64,000 nucleotides of DNA from Candidatus Parcubacteria bacterium (GTDB lineage Bacteria > Patescibacteriota > Patescibacteriia > Patescibacteriales > UBA12075): positions 1,741 through 65,740 of the forward strand of contig JAGLYP010000026.1 in assembly GCA_023132155.1 (NCBI GenBank), read 5' to 3'. Shown here piece after piece: positions 29,609 through 39,896 of the stretch. Position 1 is the stretch's first letter; each line of letters starts with the position of its first letter. The position numbers were made by a program, and so were the translations under genes. The notes under the pieces were generated by a model. The model ran no database searches. It was not told the DNA's origin and worked only from the letters and a program-made list of their open reading frames with translations.

Positions 29609-30937
29609 ATGGATATAAAAAAAATAAAAGTCTCGCAAAGCCCCGGTGTTTATTATTTTTTAAATAAACAAGGAAAAATAATTTATATCGGGAAAGCGGC
29701 GAATTTGAAAAGCCGCGTGTTTTCGTATTGGCGCAAAAGCGCCGGTTTGAGCGGCGCCAAACAGGAAATGATGAGGCAAATCGCGGATATTAAGTGTGTT
29801 GAAACCGATTCGGAAATAGAAGCTTTGCTTTTAGAGTCAAATTTAATAAAAAAGCATCAGCCGAAATATAATATTGATTTAAGAGATGATAAACGCTTTG
29901 TTTATATCAAAATTTCAACAGAAGATGAAATCCCCGGGGTTTTTATTACCAGAAAAATCGAAAAGCAAGGAAAGTATTTTGGTCCTTTTATATCTGTGTT
30001 TGCCGTAAAAGATGCGTTAAAAGCAATTAGAAAAATATGGCCGTATTGTACAGAGCGAAAAATTAAAAATAAGCCTTGTTTTTACGCGCAAATCGGGCGT
30101 TGTGTCGGGGTTTGCGGCGGTAATTTTGATTTAAACGAATACAAAGAAAAAATTATTAAGCCGATTGTGATGTTTTTGGGTGGGAAGAAAAATGTGATAA
30201 TTAAGAATTATGAATTAAGAATTAATAATTTAGAGAAGAAATTAATAAATAATAAAAATGATGAGAAAATTTTGGAAGAGATTACGCGATTAAAGCGGAA
30301 ATTATTGAATTTAAAGTATATATTGGCGTGCGCGAATGTTATTGGAATTTCTGAAAAGTACGCGGCTGATGTGTTTGAGTTGGCTAAAGTTTTGGGTTTG
30401 CCTAAAGTGCCTGAGCGGATAGAAGGGTATGATATATCCAATATTTTCGGGCGTGAAGCGGTTGGGTCAATGGTGGTTTTTTCCAATGGCGAACCTGATA
30501 AAAGAGGTTATCGCAAGTTTAAAATAAAAGTTGGCAGTGAAATGGGGGATACGGGGATGTTGAAGGAGGTATTGGAAAGGAGATTGAAGTATGCAGTAAA
30601 TAATGGCTTGCGCTCCGAAGCTTCAGCGAAGGAGTGGCCTAGTCCCGATTTAATTATTATTGACGGCGGAAAGGGACAGCTTAATTTGGCGGTGAGATTA
30701 TTAAAAAAAGAAAAATTGGGTATTCCTGTGATAGCCGTGTCAAAAGGCAAGGGGTTAAGGGGCGCGAACGCGCTTGATAAGATATTTTTTCCGGGAGAAA
30801 AAAAGCCGCTTGAATTACCATTGGCTTCACCTGCTTTGCATATTATAAAACGTGTTCGCGATGAAGCGCATCGTTTCGCGATTAAATATCATCGGGAGTT
30901 GAGGAGGAAAAGTTTTGTGAAAAGTGCAAGAAACTAA
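29609..30937 (+). CDS. uvrC: Excinuclease ABC subunit C, short form without HhH domain
   Basis: GIY-YIG (PGVY...IYIGKA.NL..RV), Cys cluster, RIEGYDIS, PDLIIIDGGKGQ, RDEAHRFA. Confidence 0.9.
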   Translation: MDIKKIKVSQSPGVYYFLNKQGKIIYIGKAANLKSRVFSYWRKSAGLSGAKQEMMRQIADIKCVETDSEIEALLLESNLIKKHQPKYNIDLRDDKRFVYIKISTEDEIPGVFITRKIEKQGKYFGPFISVFAVKDALKAIRKIWPYCTERKIKNKPCFYAQIGRCVGVCGGNFDLNEYKEKIIKPIVMFLGGKKNVIIKNYELRINNLEKKLINNKNDEKILEEITRLKRKLLNLKYILACANVIGISEKYAADVFELAKVLGLPKVPERIEGYDISNIFGREAVGSMVVFSNGEPDKRGYRKFKIKVGSEMGDTGMLKEVLERRLKYAVNNGLRSEASAKEWPSPDLIIIDGGKGQLNLAVRLLKKEKLGIPVIAVSKGKGLRGANALDKIFFPGEKKPLELPLASPALHIIKRVRDEAHRFAIKYHRELRRKSFVKSARN

Positions 30938-31024
30938 GTACATACGATTTTTTTGTTATCCGTAGGAACAGGGCAGTACCCTGTTCCTACGGATAACAAA
31001 AAAATCGTAGGTACTTAGTTTCTT
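30928..31024. repeat. 97-bp near-perfect palindrome with GTAG-REP-like core, overlapping the 3' ends of uvrC and uvrB
   Basis: 46-nt arms with one mismatch, loop cagta; core GTAGGAACAGGG-N5-CCCTGTTCCTAC. Confidence 0.9.
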
Positions 31025-32820
31025 TTAATTGTCCGCGGCGTGATGCCGTGTTTTTTATTATAAGCAATTTGCATTTTTCTGCGCCTTTTAGTTTCGTTTA
31101 CAGCATAAGTAATTGCTGGAGTGATTTTATCGCCGTACATAATAACTCTGCCTTCAACGTGGCGGGAGGTGCGTCCCATTGTTTGCATAAGCGAGGTTTC
31201 ATTTCTTAAAAAGCCGGACATGTCAGCGTCAAGAATCGCGACCAACGATACTTCCGGCAAATCCAGACCTTCGCGCAGAAGATTGATTCCCACCAGCACA
31301 TCGTATTTGCCAAGTCTTAAGTCCCTGAGAATATCAACACGCTCCAAGGTTTTTATTTCCGAGTGCAGATATTGGACTTTGATTTTTTCTTCTGCCAAGT
31401 ATTCTGCCAGTTCTTCAGCCATTCTTTTAGTTAAAGTTGTTACCAATACCCGCTGTTTTTTAATAACTGTTTTTTTTATCTCTTTTAGCAAATCCGGAAT
31501 CTGCCCGGTGCTTGGACGAACCATAACTTCCGGATCCAAAAGGCCTGTCGGTCGGATAATTTGTTCAACGACTTGTTTTGATTTGCGTATTTCATAGTCT
31601 TTTGGCGTGGCGGAAACATAAATTACTTGATTGATTTTAGAATTAAATTCTTTAAAATTTAATGGGCGATTGTCTTTGGCGCTTGGGAGCCGGAAGCCGA
31701 AATCAATTAAAGTTTGTTTGCGGGATTGGTCGCCCGCGTACATGCCGCGAATTTGCGGAATACTAACGTGCGACTCATCAATAAATAATAAAAAATCTTT
31801 TGGAAAAAAATTCATAAGAGTGGATGGCGGTTTTCCCGGATTGCGGTTGCTTAAATGCCGCGAGTAATTTTCTATGCCATTACAATAGCCGATTTGTTCA
31901 ATCATTTCCAAGTCAAAATTTGTTTTTCGCTCCAAACGGTACGCTTCTACTTGTTTATTTTGTTTGCTTAATTCATTTAAACGTTTTTTAAGCTCCAGCC
32001 GGATATTTGTTAAAGCTTTTTCCATTCGGTCTTTAGGAGTCATAAAATGTTTAGCAGGCAGAATATTTATACTGTCCAGTTTTATCGCCTGCTTGTTTCT
32101 TAAGTCTTTTGCCCAAACCGGTTCAGTAGCGCCGGGTTTAACATTGAAAATATAAATATTTTCAATTTTATCGCCATACATTTCAATTCTTACAACCGAT
32201 TCGCCGGTAGATAAATGAATATCAATCATGCCGCCATTAACCCTGAATTGTCCTCTGTAAAACGCGGTATCGTTTCTTTCATATTGAATGCCGACCATCT
32301 GCCGCAAGAGTTCGTTTCTTTTTATTTTTTGCTTAACGCTGAAAATCCGCCCTAAATTTTCATAATCTTTTTTTTCTCCCAAACCGTAAATGCAGGAAAC
32401 GCTAGCCACTATAATTACATCCTTACGATTAATTAATGATTGCGTTGAGGCATGCCGCAGGCGGTCTATTTCTTCGTTAATTGTCGCTTCTTTTTCAATA
32501 TAAGTATCAGTTTGCGGAATATAGGCTTCCGGCTGGTAATAATCGTAATAAGACACAAAATAATGCACTGCCGCTTGAGGAAAAAATTGCTTAAATTCTC
32601 CGTATAGCTGCGCCGCCAAGGTTTTATTATGGGACATAATTAATGTCGGTTTTTGCGTTTTTTCTATGATATTAGCCATAGTAAAAGTTTTGCCGCTTCC
32701 GGTAACGCCAAGCAATGTTTGGTTTTTTTTGCCGGCCTTTAAGCCGGCTGTTAATTTTTTAATCGCAATCGGCTGATCACCGGCCGGCTTGTATTTTGAA
32801 TGAAGTTTAAATAAGCTCAT
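31015..32820 (-). CDS. uvrB: Excinuclease ABC subunit B, lacking the C-terminal UVR domain
   Basis: [48 protein letters not shown]. Confidence 0.96.
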   Translation of the reverse strand: MSLFKLHSKYKPAGDQPIAIKKLTAGLKAGKKNQTLLGVTGSGKTFTMANIIEKTQKPTLIMSHNKTLAAQLYGEFKQFFPQAAVHYFVSYYDYYQPEAYIPQTDTYIEKEATINEEIDRLRHASTQSLINRKDVIIVASVSCIYGLGEKKDYENLGRIFSVKQKIKRNELLRQMVGIQYERNDTAFYRGQFRVNGGMIDIHLSTGESVVRIEMYGDKIENIYIFNVKPGATEPVWAKDLRNKQAIKLDSINILPAKHFMTPKDRMEKALTNIRLELKKRLNELSKQNKQVEAYRLERKTNFDLEMIEQIGYCNGIENYSRHLSNRNPGKPPSTLMNFFPKDFLLFIDESHVSIPQIRGMYAGDQSRKQTLIDFGFRLPSAKDNRPLNFKEFNSKINQVIYVSATPKDYEIRKSKQVVEQIIRPTGLLDPEVMVRPSTGQIPDLLKEIKKTVIKKQRVLVTTLTKRMAEELAEYLAEEKIKVQYLHSEIKTLERVDILRDLRLGKYDVLVGINLLREGLDLPEVSLVAILDADMSGFLRNETSLMQTMGRTSRHVEGRVIMYGDKITPAITYAVNETKRRRKMQIAYNKKHGITPRTIKRN

Positions 32821-32970
32821 GTGTTATTTATAGCAGTAATTGTTGGAAAGATAAAGGATTGGAAAATTTTATTTTACAATAGTTTGTGATATAATATTTA
32901 TATGACAATGGAAAGTAATAGCAAAAAGTGTAATGCTCAAATTCACAAAATTGTTTAAAGAGATAAAAGT

Positions 32971-33843
32971 ATGACTTATAAAATTAAATTTCGTTTAAAT
33001 GACATACAAAGCGATTCAAATGATCCTTGGGAGTTGCATTTTGGGATTGAAAAAGAGAATGAAAATATCAAAAAACAGCTTAAAAAAGATTTCACTTTTA
33101 AATTAAATAATGACTGGATTGTTTCAGCTAATAAAACAAAATTTAGAGGGCGTCCTTATTGGTTTATAAGAGGATCAATTGATTATGTGAGTGGCAATAA
33201 AAAATATTATAAAAAAGAATCAAAAACTTTTTATCATAAAAAATATTTTAATAAAGAATTAATTGAGAACTGCCCGCAAATAAAAGAAAAAAATTATGAA
33301 GGTGAATTTGATATGAACAAAAAAATTATGACAATAAGGAATCCAATTTTAGAAGATTTGATAAAATATAAACTCAATATTATCTTTTGCGGAATGGCAG
33401 CAGGAAAAATTTCAGCTGAAGTTGGCGGTTATTACACTAAGAGTAATAATAAATTTTGGGGCATATTACATGAATTAGGACTTACTACAAAAAATAGAAA
33501 ATTGAGATGCTGTGAATATAAAGAGTTGCTAGATTTTAATATAGGTTTAACCGATTTAGTAAAAGATCAAATTGGTGGTGACAATAATGTTAATGTTACC
33601 GAACATGACTATCATCTTTTAAGGAAAAAAATAATTGAACATAGACCTAAAATATTGGCATTTAATGGTAAAAAATCAGCAAAAAAATTTTTTCATAAAA
33701 GAGAAATTGATTACGGAAAAATTAATAATATCGGACAAACCTCTATTTGGGTTTTAGAATCAACTTCACCCGCCGCAAATAGATGGTGGAATAATGGAAA
33801 ACATTGGAAACAGTTAGCGCAAAAAAATAAAAAAATATATTAA
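32971..33843 (+). CDS. Mismatch-specific (MUG/TDG-family) DNA glycosylase with N-terminal extension
   Basis: L.IIFCGMAAG..SA..G.YY....NKFW..L, IGLTDLVK, LAFNGK, STSPAA; possible internal start at 33313. Confidence 0.75.
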   Translation: MTYKIKFRLNDIQSDSNDPWELHFGIEKENENIKKQLKKDFTFKLNNDWIVSANKTKFRGRPYWFIRGSIDYVSGNKKYYKKESKTFYHKKYFNKELIENCPQIKEKNYEGEFDMNKKIMTIRNPILEDLIKYKLNIIFCGMAAGKISAEVGGYYTKSNNKFWGILHELGLTTKNRKLRCCEYKELLDFNIGLTDLVKDQIGGDNNVNVTEHDYHLLRKKIIEHRPKILAFNGKKSAKKFFHKREIDYGKINNIGQTSIWVLESTSPAANRWWNNGKHWKQLAQKNKKIY

Positions 33844-34192
33844 CTAAAAATTTTAATCAAAACAAAATGGAATTTAGTTTTTCTACATTTTTATTTATTA
33901 TTTTTGCAACATTTTGCGAACAAATTATTATCAACAGAGCGAATGGCGTGAATAAAATAAAGATTTTTACTAAGAAAAAAGGTGTTATTTATGATTTTAT
34001 AAATGGCAATCATCATTATACTAATAAAGATTAATTATTGTGCGTATATAAAGAAGATGTATTTTTTCAACGAATTAGTAAACATCTATAATAATGACAA
34101 AGCAAAAAACAGGATTCTGATTCTGTTTTTTTGACCCCCTTAATATTCTATGATATAATATATTTTATAATATTATTAAAAATGATAAGAAA

Positions 34193-34798
34193 ATGAAATA
34201 TATAGATTTGATAAATAAAGTGCCTGATCCGATATTTAGCATTCAAGATTTAGCTTTAATGGGAATAAAAATATATCCTTATCAACTTTCCCTTTGGTCG
34301 CAAAAAAAATATATTCAGAAACTTAAAAACGGGCTTTACGCAATTAGTGAACGGGCAAAAAGTTTAAAAATGGAAACAATTGCCTTTAATTTGTATCAGC
34401 CAAGTTATATTAGCTTGGAATGGGCGCTTTTTAAATACGGGTTAATTCCCGAAATCGTGTTTAATCCGACTTCGGTTACCGCTAAAACTACCAGAGTTTT
34501 TAAAAATAATTTTGGCTTGTTTTCTTATCGCCACTTAAAAAAAGAATTGTTTTTCGGTTATAGAAAAATTAATGAAAACGGACAGATTTATTTAATTGCC
34601 GAACCGGAAAAAGCGCTTTTGGATTATTTATATTTAAATTCGCCAAAAATTAAAACGCAAGAAGATATTAAAGAATTAAGATTCAATGAAATTGAAATAA
34701 AAAAACTTAATAAGACAAAATTACGAAAATATACAGAAATGGCAAATAATAAAAATTTGCAAAAATTAATTTATAACATAACAAATGTTAACTTTTGA
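34193..34798 (+). CDS. AbiEi-family antitoxin (type IV TA)
   Basis: LKNGLY, PSYISLEWAL..YGLIPE, AEPEKALLDYLY. Confidence 0.85.
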   Translation: MKYIDLINKVPDPIFSIQDLALMGIKIYPYQLSLWSQKKYIQKLKNGLYAISERAKSLKMETIAFNLYQPSYISLEWALFKYGLIPEIVFNPTSVTAKTTRVFKNNFGLFSYRHLKKELFFGYRKINENGQIYLIAEPEKALLDYLYLNSPKIKTQEDIKELRFNEIEIKKLNKTKLRKYTEMANNKNLQKLIYNITNVNF

Positions 34799-35561
34799 AC
34801 AAATAAAAAACGAATATGCGCGAGAAACAATTCAGCGAAATCCCAAGGCGATTTTAGTTGAATATCTTCAGTATGAACTTTTAGATTCGCTATATAAACA
34901 AAAAAATAGCGAGCGCTTGAGTTTTATGGGCGGTACTGCAATTAGAATTGTGTATGGCAGCCAAAGATTTTCCGAAGATTTGGATTTTGATAATTTTGGT
35001 TTGAGTTATCGGGATTTTGAACAGATTTTAGAAAAAGTAATGGCGGATATGAAAAATAAGGGTTTTGAGATTGAGTTTAGATTATTAAAAAAAGGCGCTT
35101 ATCATTGCTATATAAAATTTCCAAAACTGCTTTTTGAAAATAATTTATCTGACCATCAAGATGAAAAGATTTTGGTGCGGATAGATACGGTTTTAAAAAA
35201 ACAATTCAATAAACCAAAGAATTTTATTTTAAACGGATTTGGAGTTTATAGAAAAATTTTGGTTAATTCAGAGGAAGTGATTTTATCTCAAAAAATAATA
35301 GCAATCATAGAAAGAAAACGAAGCAAAGGGCGCGATTATTATGATGTTTCCTACTTACTTGGAAAAGTTAATCCAGATTTTGGTTATCTTGAAACTGTTT
35401 TGGGAATTAAAGAAAAAGGCGCGATTAAAAATAAATTGATTGAAGTGGCAGACAAAAATAATTTAAACGATTTAGCCAAAGATGTCAGTCCGTTTTTAAT
35501 TGACAAAAACGGTTCGGATAGGGTTATCGGTTTTAAAGAATATATTGAACAGAGGATGTAA
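34785..35561 (+). CDS. AbiEii-family nucleotidyltransferase toxin
   Basis: FMGGTAIR....QRFSEDLDF, K..A..ER...RDYYD; overlaps the antitoxin gene. Confidence 0.9.
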   Translation: MLTFEQIKNEYARETIQRNPKAILVEYLQYELLDSLYKQKNSERLSFMGGTAIRIVYGSQRFSEDLDFDNFGLSYRDFEQILEKVMADMKNKGFEIEFRLLKKGAYHCYIKFPKLLFENNLSDHQDEKILVRIDTVLKKQFNKPKNFILNGFGVYRKILVNSEEVILSQKIIAIIERKRSKGRDYYDVSYLLGKVNPDFGYLETVLGIKEKGAIKNKLIEVADKNNLNDLAKDVSPFLIDKNGSDRVIGFKEYIEQRM

Positions 35562-35589
35562 ATAAATTAAAATATTAAAAAGATATCCA

Positions 35590-38583
35590 ATGAAAAAACA
35601 AGAAAATAATGAGAATAAAATAAAAAAGAACCCTTTTGCGATAATGGAAGAGGATGTTTTAAAATTTTGGGAAAAGAATAAAATTTTTGAAAAATCAATT
35701 GAAAAAGAGGCGCCAAAAGGCGATTATGTTTTTTATGACGGGCCGCCGTTTATTACCGGATTGCCGCATTACGCGACGCTTCTTCCAAGTATTGCCAAAG
35801 ATATGGTGCCGCGCTATTGGACTATGAAAGGTTATAGAGTAGAGCGTGTTTGGGGCTGGGATTGCCATGGCTTGCCTGCGGAAAATAAGGTGGAAACAGA
35901 ATTGGGTTTGAAAAATAAAAAAGATATTGAAGAGCTGGGGGTTGATAAATTCGTAAACGCTTGCCGTGACTATGTTACCACCGGTTCAGAGCAATGGGAA
36001 TGGTATATTAATCGTATCGGCCGCTGGGTGGATATGAAAAACGCCTACAAAACCATGGATTTAAAATTTATGGAAAGCGTAATTTGGGCATTTAAAAAAT
36101 TGTATGACAAAGGCTTGATTTATGAGGGTTATCGTTCTTCACTGCATTGCCCTCGCTGCGCGACTCCGCTTTCAAAGTTTGAAATTACAATGGACGCGGG
36201 TTCTTATAAGGATGTTATTGATGATTCGGCTGTTGTTAAGTTTGAGATAAAAAATGTTAATAAAATATTGGCAGACTTGGAGCTTAGTTCCGAAGCTTCG
36301 GAGCTAAGCTCCGTGAATAGCAATGTTTATATTTTGGCTTGGACTACTACGCCTTGGACTTTGCCCGGAAATTTAGCTTTGGCGATTAATAAAAGTATTA
36401 AGTATCAAGTATTAAGTATTAACGATAATAATTATATTATTGCAAAAGACAGGGTTGAGGAAGTTTTTAAGGATAGAGGATATAAGATAATAAAAGAGTT
36501 TAAGGGTAAAGAATTGGTTGGGCTAGAATATGAGCCGTTGTTTGATTTGGGAAATAAAGAAATTTCTGAAAATAAGAATACATATAAAATATATCACGGA
36601 GATTTTGTTTCCACTGAGGAGGGGACGGGGGTCGTGCATATCGCGCCGAATTTCGGTGAAGATGATTTTGAATTTGGCAAAGCATATAAATTGCCAATGG
36701 TTGATTTAATGGATGAGATGGGAAATTATACTGAATTGGCGGGCGAGGAATGGAATGGATTGTATTTTAAAAAAGTTAATACAAAAGTTTTGGAAATATT
36801 GGGTGATAAATTATTTTTAAAGGAGCCCCACGAGCACTCATACCCCTTTTGTTACCGCTGTAATAGCCGTTTGATTTATAAAACTCAAAAGGCCTGGTAT
36901 TTGCGAATTTCAGAAATTAGAAATAAAATGCTTGAAAGCAATAAAGATATTAACTGGGTGCCGGAATATTTTAAAGAGGGCAGATTCAAATATAATCTGG
37001 AAAACGCGCCGGATTGGTGCTTGTCTCGTTCTCGGTATTGGGGTTCGCCGATTCCTGTTTGGCGCTGTGAGGAATGTGATGAAATTAAAGTTGCTGGTTC
37101 AGTTGAAGAAATTAAGAAATTAAGCAATGAAGAAGTTAAAGACTTACACAGGCCGGCAATTGATAAAGTTGAGTTTAAATGTGAAAAGTGCCAGGGAAAA
37201 ATGAAGCGAGTTGTTGAGGTTTTGGATTGCTGGTTTGAGTCTGGATCAATGCCTTTTGCGCAATTTCATTATCCTTTTGAACGAAAAAAAGAATGGAAAA
37301 ATATTTTTCCGGCAGATTTTATTATTGAATATACGGGCCAATTAAGAGGCTGGTTTTATTATTTGCATGTTTTGTCTAATGCCTTATTTGATTCTTTGGC
37401 ATTTAAGAATGTAATTGTATCCGGCGTACTCGCGGGAACAGATGGGCGCAAAATGAGCAAGTCATACGGCAATTATCCTGATTCAAAAAATACTTTAGAT
37501 AAATATGGGGCTGACGCTCTTAGATTGTATTTTATGTCATGTTCAATTATGGCCGGGGATGACACAACTTTAAGCGAAAAAGATATTCAGGATGCTTTGC
37601 GAAAAAATGTTATGCTTTTGTGGAATGTCACCAAATTTTATGATATGTTTTGCCATGATAAGGAAACCATAAAAGAAGATTTGGAATTTAAAAATATTTT
37701 AGATAGATGGATTGTTTTTAGGTTAGATCAGGTAGTTAAAGAAGTTACAGATAATATGGAAAAATATAGTTTACAAGGAGCGGCGCGTCCGATTACAGGG
37801 TTTATTGACGATTTGTCAACCTGGTATCTGAGGCGTTCTCGAGATCGTTTTAAAGGTGATGATAAAAATGATAAAATTCAGGCTTTAAAAACAACAAAAT
37901 ATGTTTTATTAACATTTTCCAAAGTGATCGCGCCGATTATGCCGTTTATTGCGGAACAAGTTTGGCAGAAAGTTAGCGGGAATGATTTTAAGAATGAGAA
38001 TAAATCAGTACATTTGGAGGGATGGCCTAAACAGGAATTACGAATTACACCCGTCAAGCGAATACAAGCGAATTACGAATTACGAATTTTGGAAGAAATG
38101 GAAATAGTTAGGAAAATTGTGGAATTGGCGCTTGCGAAAAGGGATGAGGCGGGAATAAGGGTGAGACAGCCGTTGAGCGAATTACGAATTACGAATTGTG
38201 AATTACGAGATGAATATATGGATTTAATTAAGAATGAATTGAATGTTAAAGATATAAAAACAGAAAAAGGCGATGGGGAATTAAATGTGAAATTAGATAT
38301 AAAATTAACACCGGAATTAAAACAGGAGGGTATGAAAAGAGAGATAGTCAGAACGGTTAACAGCATGCGCAAGAATATTGGCTTAACAATAAACGATAGG
38401 ATAGTTTTGTTCTGGCAAAGCGAAAATCAAGATATAATTCAAGCAATAAAAAAATATTCTAATGATATTCGCGGCGATGTTTTGGCTGATGAAATAAAAA
38501 ATGAAAAAAATGATGAAGTTGATATTCAGAAGGAAATAAATTTAGATTGTGGAATATTATTTTTAGGCATAAAAAATAAATAA
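35590..38583 (+). CDS. ileS: Isoleucine--tRNA ligase, type 2
   Basis: FYDGPPF.TGLPH, GWDCHGLP, AWTTTPWTLPGN, GTGVVH.AP, DW.LSR.RYWG, KMSKS; C-terminal IleRS2 domain. Confidence 0.96.
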   Translation: MKKQENNENKIKKNPFAIMEEDVLKFWEKNKIFEKSIEKEAPKGDYVFYDGPPFITGLPHYATLLPSIAKDMVPRYWTMKGYRVERVWGWDCHGLPAENKVETELGLKNKKDIEELGVDKFVNACRDYVTTGSEQWEWYINRIGRWVDMKNAYKTMDLKFMESVIWAFKKLYDKGLIYEGYRSSLHCPRCATPLSKFEITMDAGSYKDVIDDSAVVKFEIKNVNKILADLELSSEASELSSVNSNVYILAWTTTPWTLPGNLALAINKSIKYQVLSINDNNYIIAKDRVEEVFKDRGYKIIKEFKGKELVGLEYEPLFDLGNKEISENKNTYKIYHGDFVSTEEGTGVVHIAPNFGEDDFEFGKAYKLPMVDLMDEMGNYTELAGEEWNGLYFKKVNTKVLEILGDKLFLKEPHEHSYPFCYRCNSRLIYKTQKAWYLRISEIRNKMLESNKDINWVPEYFKEGRFKYNLENAPDWCLSRSRYWGSPIPVWRCEECDEIKVAGSVEEIKKLSNEEVKDLHRPAIDKVEFKCEKCQGKMKRVVEVLDCWFESGSMPFAQFHYPFERKKEWKNIFPADFIIEYTGQLRGWFYYLHVLSNALFDSLAFKNVIVSGVLAGTDGRKMSKSYGNYPDSKNTLDKYGADALRLYFMSCSIMAGDDTTLSEKDIQDALRKNVMLLWNVTKFYDMFCHDKETIKEDLEFKNILDRWIVFRLDQVVKEVTDNMEKYSLQGAARPITGFIDDLSTWYLRRSRDRFKGDDKNDKIQALKTTKYVLLTFSKVIAPIMPFIAEQVWQKVSGNDFKNENKSVHLEGWPKQELRITPVKRIQANYELRILEEMEIVRKIVELALAKRDEAGIRVRQPLSELRITNCELRDEYMDLIKNELNVKDIKTEKGDGELNVKLDIKLTPELKQEGMKREIVRTVNSMRKNIGLTINDRIVLFWQSENQDIIQAIKKYSNDIRGDVLADEIKNEKNDEVDIQKEINLDCGILFLGIKNK

Positions 38584-38787
38584 TTAAATCCATATTAGGA
38601 ATATTTTTATAAAGATAATAAAAATAATAAAATTTGGCAGAATCATACGGAAAGAAACTTAAAAACAGAATCAGCCAAAGTTTTGGCTCAGAAAATCAGG
38701 GAATCAAATCCGTTTGAATGGCTTTATAAGCTAGCGGAAGAAAAGACAGGTAGAGATATTAAACAATAAAAGTAAATTTATATTTTT

Positions 38788-39816
38788 ATGCCAAAAACAA
38801 AAGCCTTAGTTTTATTTTCTGGCGGCTTGGATTCAATTTTAGCCGTTAAAATGCTACAGACGCAAAAAATAGCGGTAACGGCTATTTGTTTTGAGAGTAA
38901 TTTTTATGACGCTAAAAAAGCAAAAGAAAGCGCTAAAAAATTAGATATAGATTTAAAAGTAATTGATATTAAAGAAGAAATGCTGGCTTTGGTAAAAAAT
39001 CCATTTTCAGGGTATGGGAAAAATTTAAATCCTTGTATTGATTGCCATTCGCTGATGATAAAAAAAGCCGGCGCAATCGCGAAAAAAGAAGGTTTTGATT
39101 TTGTGGCTACAGGCGAAGTTTTGGGACAGCGTCCTTTTTCGCAAAACAGAAAAGCCTTGGAAAAAGTAAAAGATTTGTCAGGCGTGGAAGTCTTGCGGCC
39201 TTTATCCGCGAAATTGCTAGATGAAACCGAGATTGAAAAAAATAAAATATTAATTAGAGGTCTTTTGGGTAGAATTCAGGGCAGAAGCAGAGAAGGGCAA
39301 ATTGAGCTGGCGCGCAAGTATAAATTAAAAGATTATCCGTTGCCGGCCGGCGGATGTTTGTTGACTGATCCGGGTTTTAGCGAAAGATTAGGGAAAATGC
39401 TTGAATATTGGCCGAAATGCGAATGTAATGATATTGAGCTTTTAAAATATGGACGCGTATTTTGGTTTAAATATTTATCTAATAAAAAAGAAAACAAGAA
39501 AATTTTAATTATTGTCGGCAGGCATAAAGATGATAATGAAGCGTTAAAAAGACTAGCCAAGAAGGGTGATTTTATGGTAGAATTAAAAGAGATTAACGGA
39601 CCCTTAACATTAATAAGAGCAAAAGAAAATTTTAAAAAACCGGATTTTCAAAATTTAAAAATAAATATTCCAAATAAGCTTAATTTAGCAAAAATAAATT
39701 TAAATTTTCGCGGTGATTTAAATGATATTGTAAAAACTGCCGGAAAATTAACCGGAATATACGCGCTTAAGGCCAGAGGGAGGGAAGTTGATATAGTTAT
39801 TAAAAAAATAATTTAA
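38788..39816 (+). CDS. PP-loop tRNA thiolase-like protein (ThiI/MnmA-related, DUF814-type)
   Basis: SGGLDS, NPCIDC, TGEVLGQRP.SQ, PAGGCLLT. Confidence 0.8.
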   Translation: MPKTKALVLFSGGLDSILAVKMLQTQKIAVTAICFESNFYDAKKAKESAKKLDIDLKVIDIKEEMLALVKNPFSGYGKNLNPCIDCHSLMIKKAGAIAKKEGFDFVATGEVLGQRPFSQNRKALEKVKDLSGVEVLRPLSAKLLDETEIEKNKILIRGLLGRIQGRSREGQIELARKYKLKDYPLPAGGCLLTDPGFSERLGKMLEYWPKCECNDIELLKYGRVFWFKYLSNKKENKKILIIVGRHKDDNEALKRLAKKGDFMVELKEINGPLTLIRAKENFKKPDFQNLKINIPNKLNLAKINLNFRGDLNDIVKTAGKLTGIYALKARGREVDIVIKKII

Positions 39817-39839
39817 CATATAAAGAATTTCAATATTAT

Positions 39840-39887
39840 TATTCGCATGTCCCGCATTTGTAGTTGCGGGTTCGCGAAGCGAATAAC
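39840..39887 (+). repeat. Hairpin repeat, copy 2
   Basis: Same arms as 21004-21069 with a shorter loop. Confidence 0.8.
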
Positions 39888-39896
39888 TTAAAAACT

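Noticed and set aside
29411..29638. 75-aa minus-strand ORF (LSLRALAKQS...ARND)
   Set aside because: This is a translation of the GTCATTGCGAG palindrome, a typical spurious REP-derived ORF.
33867..34034. About 55-aa ORF after the MUG-like gene
   Set aside because: Very AT-rich with no motif or SD; could arise by chance.
38600..38769. Open frame ending ...NPFEWLYKLAEEKTGRDIKQ* between ileS and the thiolase gene
   Set aside because: No clear start codon or recognisable family; possibly a gene remnant but unsupported.
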